Shown piece after piece: positions 26,944 to 34,052 of a stretch of DNA of 64,000 nt. The position numbers and the translations under genes are program-made. Within the stretch, counting starts at the first letter, position 1, and each line of letters begins with the position of its first letter. The stretch covers positions 2,277 to 66,276 of the forward strand of contig CALWTH010000054.1 in assembly GCA_944384405.1 (NCBI GenBank), in the 5' to 3' direction. Under the pieces are notes generated by a model. It ran no database searches, was not told the DNA's origin, and saw only the letters and a program-made list of their open reading frames with translations. This DNA is from an uncultured Clostridia bacterium (GTDB lineage Bacteria; Bacillota; Clostridia; Christensenellales; UBA1242).

Positions 26944-28131
26944 ATGTTAATCATCAATACAGCAAGTTCTCTTTATGGAACATTTGAAAAAATTCAGTTC
27001 GCCGACCAACAAGAGCGGGAAAGAATCAAACAAAGTCTCACTTTATTGACTTTCCCTGGTAGAACTAAAACGGAACAATTACCAAAAGACAAAAAGAAAA
27101 TCATGAAATCCTTATCTAAGAAAAAAGGAGATGAGGATTTGAAAAATATTTATTATGTTTACACTGAAAAAAGGTACATGGGCAGAAAGCAAATTAAAAA
27201 CAAGCTTATAACTGTCCATGCAAAAACACAATTAGAATGTAAGAAAAAATTAACGGAAGCGGTGAATGCTTTTCTGAATAGCCGTATTCCAACAAAGAAA
27301 ACAAAATTGACACTATTAGAGTTTTGGGATAAATGGTACAGCCAGGACAAAGAGCCATTTATTTCTGAGGGTACAAAGAAAGATTTAACCCAATTAAGAA
27401 CTTACTTATTGCCTTTGCTTGAGCTAAACATAGCCAAAATAGATAAAGATAGAATAATAAATTTTTTTAGTAAAGTAGAGGAAAACCGAACCAAAGAAAA
27501 AATGCACATATACTTGAAAGCATGTTTCAAAAGTGCAGTAAGGCATGGGGTTATAAAAAAGAATCCATATGATTTAATTATATTGCCACCGAGGTCAAGG
27601 GCTCACAAACAGGCATTGACATTTGAGGAACAACAAAGGTTGCTTATGTATGTAAAAGGCAAGCCTATAGGAATTATCATTTTGATATATCTGCTTACAG
27701 GACTAAGGAAAAAGGAATTAAACTTCAAAGCTATAGAGAATGACATAAATTTTGAAAACAACACACTTAAAGCTATCAATTTGAAGGGGAGAAATAACAT
27801 AGTGAGATATAAACACATTAGACTATCAAAAGGTACAATAAAACTCATAATGGACAATTTGGATAAGATTCACAAGTACGATGACGAGTCGGCATATCGT
27901 GAAGTTCTTAAGGTAATGAGGGAGTTGGGCATACAAAAAAGCATAGTCAATTTAAGGCATACATTTGCAACAAATCATTTGTACCTTGGTACACCAGACT
28001 ACATTATTTCAAAAGAAATGGGGCATTCGACAAGTCAAATTACAAAGGATAATTATATGGATATAGACTTCAATTTGACTAAAGAAAAAATAGTTAAATT
28101 ATATAATAATTTATACACAATTTTTGGATAA
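26944..28131 (+). CDS. int: Tyrosine recombinase/integrase
   Basis: C-terminal catalytic region LTGLRKKEL, LRHTFATNHL, GHSTSQITKDNYMD (R..H-x-x-R..Y pattern); adjacent to attR/tRNA-Tyr. Confidence 0.85.
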   Translation: MLIINTASSLYGTFEKIQFADQQERERIKQSLTLLTFPGRTKTEQLPKDKKKIMKSLSKKKGDEDLKNIYYVYTEKRYMGRKQIKNKLITVHAKTQLECKKKLTEAVNAFLNSRIPTKKTKLTLLEFWDKWYSQDKEPFISEGTKKDLTQLRTYLLPLLELNIAKIDKDRIINFFSKVEENRTKEKMHIYLKACFKSAVRHGVIKKNPYDLIILPPRSRAHKQALTFEEQQRLLMYVKGKPIGIIILIYLLTGLRKKELNFKAIENDINFENNTLKAINLKGRNNIVRYKHIRLSKGTIKLIMDNLDKIHKYDDESAYREVLKVMRELGIQKSIVNLRHTFATNHLYLGTPDYIISKEMGHSTSQITKDNYMDIDFNLTKEKIVKLYNNLYTIFG

Positions 28132-28144
28132 GTTTTTGGATAAG
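28121..28144 (+). repeat. Tandem TTTTTGGATAAG x2 overlapping the integrase stop codon (right-end copies of the end repeat)
   Basis: 28121-28132 and 28133-28144; same motif as at 14782-14838. Confidence 0.5.
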
Positions 28145-28204
28145 TTTTTTTCACATTTCACAACACTTTTTTGAACATTTGTTCTAAAAATTGTTGTTTT
28201 TAAA

Positions 28205-28250
28205 AAAATATAAAAAAAGGCTGAAAACCTTTATTTTAAAGGCTTTCAGC
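28205..28250 (-). terminator. Rho-independent terminator supplied by the element for the reconstituted tRNA operon
   Basis: Minus strand GCTGAAAGCCTTT-AAAAT-AAAGGTTTTCAGC (one mismatch) followed by CTTTTTTTATATTTTTT, 12 nt after the tRNA-Tyr CCA. Confidence 0.6.
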
Positions 28251-28262
28251 ACTTTACATAAG

Positions 28263-28347
28263 TGGTGGGCAGGGATGGATTCGAACCATCGAAGGCGAAG
28301 CCGACGGATTTACAGTCCGTTGCATTTGACCGCTCTGCAACCTACCC
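28263..28347 (-). tRNA. tRNA-Tyr(GTA), class II with long variable arm, encoded CCA; its 3' 55 nt form attR
   Basis: Reverse complement GGGTAGGTTGCAGAGCGGTCAAATGCAACGGACTGTAAATCCGTCGGCTTCGCCTTCGATGGTTCGAATCCATCCCTGCCCACCA. Acceptor GGGTAGG/CCTGCCC; anticodon loop CTGTAAA. Confidence 0.9.
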
Positions 28348-28352
28348 AAAAA

Positions 28353-28427
28353 TGGAGCTAGTGATTGGAATCGAACCAACAACCTGCTGATTACAAATCA
28401 GCTGCTCTACCGTTGAGCCACACTAGC
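28353..28427 (-). tRNA. tRNA-Thr(TGT)
   Basis: Reverse complement GCTAGTG...GCTGA-TTTGTAA-TCAGC...GGTTCGATTCC...CACTAGCTCCA. Confidence 0.85.
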
Positions 28428-28547
28428 ATAGATTAGTAGTTACTAAGAAAATCAACAAACTTAAACTACTAATTGGGAAAGTGTAATGGGAATGAATGTG
28501 AATGAAAGACTGTTGATTTTTATTTGGATGTGCCAGTAGGGCACATC

Positions 28548-28623
28548 TGGTGCCGCGGGGCGGAATCGAACCACCGACACAAGGATTTTCAGTCCTTTGC
28601 TCTACCGACTGAGCTACCGAGGC
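28548..28623 (-). tRNA. tRNA-Phe(GAA)
   Basis: Reverse complement GCCTCGGTAGCTCAGTCGGTAGAGCAAAGGACTGAAAATCCTTGTGTCGGTGGTTCGATTCCGCCCCGCGGCACCA. Confidence 0.9.
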
Positions 28624-28627
28624 AAAA

Positions 28628-28704
28628 TGGCGATCCGGATGGGAGTCGAACCCACGACCTCTAGCGTGACAGGCTAGCGTTCTAACCAACTGAACTACCG
28701 AACC
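28628..28704 (-). tRNA. tRNA-Asp(GTC)
   Basis: Reverse complement GGTTCGGTAGTTCAGTTGGTTAGAACGCTAGCCTGTCACGCTAGAGGTCGTGGGTTCGACTCCCATCCGGATCGCCA. Confidence 0.9.
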
Positions 28705-28723
28705 ATATTGTTTTGCGGGTGCT

Positions 28724-28800
28724 TGGTGGGTCTTCAGGGACTCGAACCCCGGACCGACCGGTTATGAGCCGGTTGCTCTAACCAACTGAGCTAAAGACCC
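28724..28800 (-). tRNA. tRNA with CAT anticodon (elongator Met, or Ile2 if lysidine-modified; not initiator)
   Basis: Reverse complement GGGTCTTTAGCTCAGTTGGTTAGAGCAACCGGCTCATAACCGGTCGGTCCGGGGTTCGAGTCCCTGAAGACCCACCA. It has a paired 1-72 and lacks the three G-C pairs typical of an initiator anticodon stem. Confidence 0.8.
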
Positions 28801-28804
28801 GCAA

Positions 28805-28880
28805 TGGTCGGGGTGAAGAGACTCGAACTCCCGGCCCCATGGTCCCAAACCACGTGCGCTACCAACTGCGCTACACCCCG
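28805..28880 (-). tRNA. tRNA-Pro(TGG)
   Basis: Reverse complement CGGGGTGTAGCGCAGTTGGTAGCGCACGTGGTTTGGGACCATGGGGCCGGGAGTTCGAGTCTCTTCACCCCGACCA. Confidence 0.9.
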
Positions 28881-28898
28881 AAATCTTGCGACTCTATA

Positions 28899-28927
28899 AT
28901 GTTAGTATAAGTTAAAAATAAAGTCAA
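28899..28927 (-). promoter_or_regulatory. Possible sigma-A promoter of the tRNA operon
   Basis: Minus strand TTGACT (28927-28922), 17-nt spacer, TAACAT (28904-28899), about 20 nt upstream of tRNA-Pro. Confidence 0.3.
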
Positions 28928-28967
28928 GTATTTTTTTAAAATTTTTTAATAGTTTTTTACCTTTAAA

Positions 28968-28994
28968 TTCGACGCTATTTGACAATGTTGTCAA
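28968..28994 (+). promoter_or_regulatory. Spo0A-box-like motifs and a 16-bp palindrome upstream of spoIIAA
   Basis: TTCGACG (28968-28974, cf. 0A box TTCGACA); palindrome TTGACAATGTTGTCAA (28979-28994). Confidence 0.3.
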
Positions 28995-29040
28995 TTTTAT
29001 TACATTCACCGTTTGTTACAATATAGTCAAGGAGGCAGTT

Positions 29041-29349
29041 ATGCAGATAAAACACAGAGTTTATGAGAATACGTTATATGTTGTGTTAAGTGGAGAGCTG
29101 GACGAACATTCGGCTTACAGTGCAAGAATAGGACTTGACGAAATATTTGATATGCCAAAATTTAAACAAATTATTATTGATTTGTCAGAATTAGATTTTA
29201 TGGACAGCACAGGTATTGGCGTATTGATTGGTAGATACAAGCGAATGAAAGACAAAAACATACCAATATTTATATGCAATCCATCTAGTCATGCAGAGAG
29301 AATATTCAAAATGACAGGTCTATATGATATTATGCCAAAAATTTCTTAA
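29041..29349 (+). CDS. spoIIAA: Anti-sigma-F factor antagonist SpoIIAA (STAS domain)
   Basis: STAS pattern LSGELDEHSA...IIIDLSELDFMDSTGIGVLIG with the phosphorylatable Ser in DFMDSTG; first gene of the spoIIA operon. Confidence 0.9.
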   Translation: MQIKHRVYENTLYVVLSGELDEHSAYSARIGLDEIFDMPKFKQIIIDLSELDFMDSTGIGVLIGRYKRMKDKNIPIFICNPSSHAERIFKMTGLYDIMPKIS

Positions 29350-29359
29350 AGGAGATAAT

Positions 29360-29809
29360 ATGAAACTATTAAATGAAATGGAACTCAATTTCAAAGCAAT
29401 TTCAATTAATGAGGGCTTTGCAAGGTCATGCGTTGCCGCTTTTTGCGTGCAGGCAAATCCAACTTTGGATGAGATAACAGACATAAAGACAGCCGTTTCC
29501 GAAGCTGTCACAAATTGCGTTGTTCACGCTTACCCAAGTTTACCTGGTAATGTTTGCATAAAAGTCAAACTATACGAAGAAAGTGTTGATATTGAAGTTA
29601 TTGACAATGGAATTGGTATAGAGGACTTCAAAAAGGCAAGAGAGCCTTTTTATACATCAAAACCAAATGAAGAAAGAAGTGGAATGGGATTTTCTGTTAT
29701 GGAAAGCTTTATGGATAATCTAGAACTTAAAAATAATACAGGTTCAGGACTTATTGTCAAGATGCAAAAGTTTTTCCATAAACGTTCAAAAATAGCCGTT
29801 GGTGAATAG
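29360..29809 (+). CDS. spoIIAB: Anti-sigma-F factor / serine kinase SpoIIAB
   Basis: GHKL kinase motifs AVSEAVTNCVVHAY, DNGIGIED, GMGFSVM; start at MKLLNEM with AAAGGAG RBS. Confidence 0.9.
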   Translation: MKLLNEMELNFKAISINEGFARSCVAAFCVQANPTLDEITDIKTAVSEAVTNCVVHAYPSLPGNVCIKVKLYEESVDIEVIDNGIGIEDFKKAREPFYTSKPNEERSGMGFSVMESFMDNLELKNNTGSGLIVKMQKFFHKRSKIAVGE

Positions 29810-30534
29810 TGCTAGATCAAGAAACGACACTTAATCTCATTGAAAAAGCCAAAAAAGGTGATGAAGGTGCCAAGACAAAACTGTTTGAAGAGAACTCTCC
29901 ACTTATTAAAAGTATTATAAAAAGATTTTTACACAAAGGAATAGAATACGACGATCTTTATCAGATTGGAACTATTGGCTTATTAAAGGCAATAAACAAC
30001 TTTGACGAAAAGTTCAATGTAAAATTTTCGACATATGTTGTGCCGATGGTAATTGGCGAAATTAAACGCTTTATGCGTGATGATGGTGCAATCAAAGTTT
30101 CAAGAACAATAAAGACGTTAAACTTAAAGATAAGAAAATATATAGAGGAATTTAACCGTGAAAATTTTAGAAAGCCAACCCCTCAGGAGATAGCAAAAAA
30201 ATTTGACATTGATGAATCAGAAGTTATCTTTACCATGGACTCAGCTGCAATGCCAATATCAATATACACGCCATTCGAAGATGATTCCAAAAGTTTGCTT
30301 TTAATTGATAGATTAAATCCAGATAACTCTCACGAAAAAATGCTTGATAATATCATGTTAAAAGAAGTGTTACAATCTTTAGATAAAAGGGATAAGAAAA
30401 TAATACTCTTAAGATTTTTTAGAGATAAAACTCAAAGTGAAATTGCCAAAGTTCTTGGTGTTTCTCAGGTGCAGGTAAGTAGACTTGAAAACAAAGTACT
30501 TGAAAAAATTAAAGACAAGTTAAGTGTCATGTAA
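29809..30534 (+). CDS. sigF: Sporulation sigma factor F (GTG start overlapping the spoIIAB stop)
   Basis: Sigma-70 regions 2-4: DDLYQIGTIGLLKAINNFD, FSTYVVPMVIGEIKRFMRDD, TQSEIAKVLGVSQVQVSRLE; operon context. Confidence 0.9.
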   Translation: MLDQETTLNLIEKAKKGDEGAKTKLFEENSPLIKSIIKRFLHKGIEYDDLYQIGTIGLLKAINNFDEKFNVKFSTYVVPMVIGEIKRFMRDDGAIKVSRTIKTLNLKIRKYIEEFNRENFRKPTPQEIAKKFDIDESEVIFTMDSAAMPISIYTPFEDDSKSLLLIDRLNPDNSHEKMLDNIMLKEVLQSLDKRDKKIILLRFFRDKTQSEIAKVLGVSQVQVSRLENKVLEKIKDKLSVM

Positions 30535-30543
30535 GGACTTTTT

Positions 30544-30987
30544 ATGAAACAATTTTTTAAAGAAAATTATAAAATTATAATCATATGTTTAAGTGTTTTA
30601 GTTGTTGCAGGTGTTGGTAGCATATTTGTCAATCTTGGAATGGATTGGTATGCAGGACTAACTAAGCCAACTGAGTGGATACCAAACTTTGTCATACCAC
30701 TTGTTTGGAGCGTTATTTATCTTCTATTTGCAATCATATTATCAATTTTGTCAAAACAAAACTTGCTTACTAAAAAGACGATATATCTATGTGTGTTTAA
30801 CGGAATATTTAATGTATTGTGGTGCCTCGTTTTCTTTACATTAAATCAACTTTTTATCGGTAACATAATCATCATTATAAACGCCTTTATTGGAGTGTTT
30901 CTTTTAATTTCATTAAGTAGAATAGTAAAAAGTATATATCTCTATTATGGCTGTATGTCATATTGTTTTTGGTCGCAACATCACTAA
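30544..30987 (+). CDS. TspO/MBR-family tryptophan-rich membrane protein
   Basis: WYAGLTKPTEWIPNFVIPLVWSVIYLL matches the TspO N-terminal signature; about five TM helices. Confidence 0.6.
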   Translation: MKQFFKENYKIIIICLSVLVVAGVGSIFVNLGMDWYAGLTKPTEWIPNFVIPLVWSVIYLLFAIILSILSKQNLLTKKTIYLCVFNGIFNVLWCLVFFTLNQLFIGNIIIIINAFIGVFLLISLSRIVKSIYLYYGCMSYCFWSQHH

Positions 30988-31018
30988 ATTTAACTCTTTG
31001 GATATTGAATTAATTAAT

Positions 31019-32089
31019 TTATTTTTCATTTCTTAATTTTCTTATTCTTGGTAAACTAAAATCATATTCATCTTCTTGAATTTCATCATTTTCCATCTCA
31101 TCATCATTGATATCTTCAACAGACTTGTAGGTATCAATGTTTTTGTATGTACCAAATGTGTCAATGTTAGGCAAGTATGGATTATATCTACCATATGGTG
31201 AATAAGGGTATCCGCCATATCCATAGCCACCATAACCACGACCTCCCATATAACCACCATAGCCATAATATGGATTTGTCATACCATATCCAGCGCCACC
31301 ATAGCTGTAGCCATAGCCATTGTAGTTGTTTGGAATTTCTCTATTTGTATTTTTGTTGTTTTTTGTCGCATTTTCATAAGTATCTATATTAGAAAAAGAA
31401 TTTAATACGCTTTGTGTTTTGTCAACTGGCCTGTAAAAATCGTAAAGCTTATCAAATATATCATTTAATGAATTATTGATATTATTAAGATAAGTATTTT
31501 TCGTTTCTAAAGCAGAACAAAGTCTAGTATATTTGGTAGTTAAAAGTTCAACATTTTTTGTGTAATTTCGCTTTAAAGCCAAAGTTGAATTTAACTCGTT
31601 TGTTACATCGTCACGCGTAATCATCAATCTATTTACACTAGTTAGCACGCTTGTGCACATATCATTAATACTTTTTTGTATTTCCTCCTTAGGTTCTTTT
31701 TTATTTTTAATTATTATCTTTGTAATAGCTTTTATATCATCTATGTTTTGTGAAATTTCGGTCACTATTTGAGAGCTTTCATCGTTTAAATCAATTGCGT
31801 TATGTGCTGTATTACTAAGTTTTAATATGTTATTGATAAAACTGTCCATAGCATATGAACCACTAGTGAAAGTTGCTCCGTCATAACCAGTGTTTTGTGT
31901 GTCATCTTCGTCCATTATATTATCAATAATAAGGGCATCATCTGAGATTGTGTCCATACTTTCAATTAAATTTTGAACTTTGTCAAGAGTAACATCAATT
32001 TTGTTTAAAGTTTTCATAGAATTATTTTGACAAGCGGAAAAAGTAAAGACACATAGTATTGCTAATAAACAAATAAATATCTTTTTCAT
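31019..32089 (-). CDS. Lipoprotein with helical middle region and Gly/Tyr-rich low-complexity C-terminal region
   Basis: Start at MKKIFICLLAILCVFTFSAC (lipobox FSAC) with GGAG RBS. GYGYSYGGAGYGMTNPYYGYGGYMGGRGYGGYGYGGYPYSPYGRYNPY. NIDT[YF] occurs three times; acidic tail. Confidence 0.65.
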   Translation of the reverse strand: MKKIFICLLAILCVFTFSACQNNSMKTLNKIDVTLDKVQNLIESMDTISDDALIIDNIMDEDDTQNTGYDGATFTSGSYAMDSFINNILKLSNTAHNAIDLNDESSQIVTEISQNIDDIKAITKIIIKNKKEPKEEIQKSINDMCTSVLTSVNRLMITRDDVTNELNSTLALKRNYTKNVELLTTKYTRLCSALETKNTYLNNINNSLNDIFDKLYDFYRPVDKTQSVLNSFSNIDTYENATKNNKNTNREIPNNYNGYGYSYGGAGYGMTNPYYGYGGYMGGRGYGGYGYGGYPYSPYGRYNPYLPNIDTFGTYKNIDTYKSVEDINDDEMENDEIQEDEYDFSLPRIRKLRNEK

Positions 32090-32182
32090 AAATTCTCCAT
32101 ACTTAGTTTTTGTAATATATCTCAAAATATGCATGCCTTGTTTAATAAGTAAAAATATGTCAATAAATGATTTGGAGGATTT

Positions 32183-32629
32183 ATGCAAGAACAAGAGCGT
32201 AATAAAAGATACAACGCCTATGTAGAGGCAAAAATAGCCAAAACTCATGCCTGGCCAAGTCTTTTTAACTCATTTTGGGTTGGAGGACTAATTTGTACTT
32301 TTGGTCAGCTATGTAATGACCTAATATTACTTTGGTTTCCAAGCGTTTCAACTCAAAGTGCATGGGCATATACATTAATAATATTAATCTTTTTAGCATC
32401 ATTTTTAACAGGACTTGGTGTGTTTGACAAAATTGGAGCCTTTGCTGGTGCTGGTACCATTGTTCCAATTACAGGATTTTCAAATTCAATCACAAGCCCA
32501 GCAGTTGAATTCAAAAATGAAGGAATAATATTTGGTATGTGTGCCAAAATGTTCATTATTGCAGGTCCAGTTATTGTATCTGGGACAGTCGCCAGCATGA
32601 TTGTTGGCTTAATATATCTATTTGTGTAA
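32183..32629 (+). CDS. spoVAC: Stage V sporulation protein AC
   Basis: Characteristic NAFWVGG-like FNSFWVGGLICTFGQL, GAGTIVPITGFSNS; followed by spoVAD/AE. Confidence 0.85.
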   Translation: MQEQERNKRYNAYVEAKIAKTHAWPSLFNSFWVGGLICTFGQLCNDLILLWFPSVSTQSAWAYTLIILIFLASFLTGLGVFDKIGAFAGAGTIVPITGFSNSITSPAVEFKNEGIIFGMCAKMFIIAGPVIVSGTVASMIVGLIYLFV

Positions 32630-32636
32630 GGTGATT

Positions 32637-33653
32637 ATGGAAAGAAAAAGAGGAAATCAAACAGTTTTTTTTAATAACAAGCCCAAAATAATAGGACACT
32701 ATAGCATTGTTGGACCAAAAGAAGGAAAAGGGAATTTAAGAAATTATTTTAGTGAGATAGAAGAAAAAGACGACTTTTTTGGACAAGAAACATATGAAAA
32801 AGCAGAAAGAGTTATGATTGAACGTGCACTTGATGGAGCAATCAAGAGTGCAAACGCAAAATATAGTGATGTACATTTATTTATGGCTGGGGACTTATTA
32901 AATCAAATAATAAGTTCAAGTTATGCAGCACGTTCTTTTGATATACCTTATGTTGGCGTCTTTGGTGCTTGCTCCACGATGGTAGAAAGTTTAGCATTAT
33001 CAGCCTGTCTTGTTGACGGTGGACATTTCGACACAATAGCTTGCGCCACATCAAGTCACTTTTCAACGGCAGAAAGACAATTTAGATTTCCTTTGGAACT
33101 TGGAAATCAGCGTCCACCAACATCACAGTGGACAGTTACAGGCTCGGGTGCTGACATTGTTTCCATAAAGGGCAATGGTCCAATAATTACATGTGCAACA
33201 TTTGGAAAAGTAACAGACTATGGCATAGGTGATGTAAACAACATGGGTGCCGCAATGGCACCTGCTGCAATGAATACGCTTATCGCACATTTTAAAGACA
33301 CAAACACAACTCCAAAAGACTATGATCTTATACTTTCTGGAGATCTTGGAAAACTTGGAAGTGAAATTCTCATTGACCTTATGGAAGAACAAGGATATAA
33401 ACTTGGATTAAACTACAAAGACTGCGGACAAATAATATACAAACGAAATCAAAATGTATTAATGGGTGGAAGTGGATGTGCTTGCAGTGCAACAGTTTTT
33501 AATTCAATCATAATGAAAAAACTATTGACAGGGGAATTGAAAAAAGTTTTGTTTATGGCTACAGGAGCGTTACTAAGTACAACTAGTTCTCAGCAAGGCG
33601 ATACAGTCCCAGGAATAGCACATGCAGTAGTAATTGAAGGAGTCAAAAAATGA
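32637..33653 (+). CDS. spoVAD: Stage V sporulation protein AD (thiolase-like fold)
   Basis: GPKEGKGNL, FMAGDLLNQ, GACSTMVESL, SSHFSTAERQFRFPLE; start taken at MERKRG (the track starts it 5 codons earlier). Confidence 0.85.
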   Translation: MERKRGNQTVFFNNKPKIIGHYSIVGPKEGKGNLRNYFSEIEEKDDFFGQETYEKAERVMIERALDGAIKSANAKYSDVHLFMAGDLLNQIISSSYAARSFDIPYVGVFGACSTMVESLALSACLVDGGHFDTIACATSSHFSTAERQFRFPLELGNQRPPTSQWTVTGSGADIVSIKGNGPIITCATFGKVTDYGIGDVNNMGAAMAPAAMNTLIAHFKDTNTTPKDYDLILSGDLGKLGSEILIDLMEEQGYKLGLNYKDCGQIIYKRNQNVLMGGSGCACSATVFNSIIMKKLLTGELKKVLFMATGALLSTTSSQQGDTVPGIAHAVVIEGVKK

Positions 33654-34021
33654 ATGAGTGGTATGTGTATTTAATTGTTTTTGCAACAGGTGGACTTGTC
33701 TGTTTTTTGGGACAAGTTTTGATAATAAAAACAAAAATGACTTCTGCAAGAATACTTGTAACATTCGTTGTTTTGGGGGTTGTGCTTGAAGCAGTTGGAA
33801 TATTTCAGCCAATAAGCGACTTTTGTAAAGCTGGAATAAATGTTCCTATCATTGGCTTTGGTGCGTCGCTTGCAAGAGGTGCAATAAACGCAGTCAAATC
33901 CACAGGTATTTTAGGAATATTTACAGGCGGTTTAACGGCGACAGCAGGCGGGATTGCTGCTGCAATTTTCTTTGCCTTCATTTTTGGTATAATATTTAAG
34001 GCAAGAACAAAGAAATTGTAG
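33650..34021 (+). CDS. spoVAE: Stage V sporulation protein AE (SpoVAEB-type)
   Basis: Small multi-TM protein, GINVPIIGFGASLARG, operon position; ATGA overlap. Confidence 0.8.
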   Translation: MNEWYVYLIVFATGGLVCFLGQVLIIKTKMTSARILVTFVVLGVVLEAVGIFQPISDFCKAGINVPIIGFGASLARGAINAVKSTGILGIFTGGLTATAGGIAAAIFFAFIFGIIFKARTKKL

Positions 34022-34052
34022 AAAAAAAGTATTTTTGTGCATATAAATTAAT

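Larger units (their letters stand above)
14677..28316. mobile_element. Integrated 13.5-kb element in tRNA-Tyr (att to att): integrase, XRE switch, HNH, surface-protein/ATPase operon, replication-organiser module. Inovirus-like prophage, satellite or IME
   Basis: 55-bp att direct repeats, tyrosine integrase adjacent to the reconstituted tRNA, shared TTTTTGGATAAG repeats near both ends, nearly unidirectional tightly packed genes. Confidence 0.85.

Noticed and set aside
14677-28316. Retron, DGR or other reverse-transcriptase-based system inside the element
   Set aside because: No ORF shows RT motifs (no YxDD box), and no template/variable repeat pair was seen.
28527-28547. Hairpin GATGTGCC-AGTAG-GGCACATC abutting the tRNA-Phe 3' end, considered as an internal terminator in the 120-nt Phe-Thr spacer
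   Set aside because: On the transcribed (minus) strand it is followed by CAAATAAAAATC, not a U-tract. It is more likely a processing or stability element, and nothing else in the spacer is recognisable.
28423-28689. 88-aa ORF on the minus strand from the ORF track
   Set aside because: It is read straight through tRNA-Phe, tRNA-Asp and the tRNA spacer, so it is a chance ORF in G+C-rich tRNA sequence.
28724-28800. Initiator tRNA-fMet
   Set aside because: The 1-72 position is a normal G-C pair, and the anticodon stem lacks the three consecutive G-C pairs typical of initiators. I therefore called it elongator Met or Ile2(CAT).
31042-31392. ORFs 31042-31266 (minus) and 31177-31392 (plus) with His/Met-rich translations
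   Set aside because: They are alternative-frame and antisense readings of the repetitive Gly/Tyr-coding DNA of the 31019-32089 gene.
32090-32182. Explicit sigma-G/sigma-F promoter call for spoVAC
   Set aside because: GCATG and AT-rich -10-like segments are present, but I could not align them convincingly to GHATR-N17-18-CATNNTA by eye, so the call is left out.
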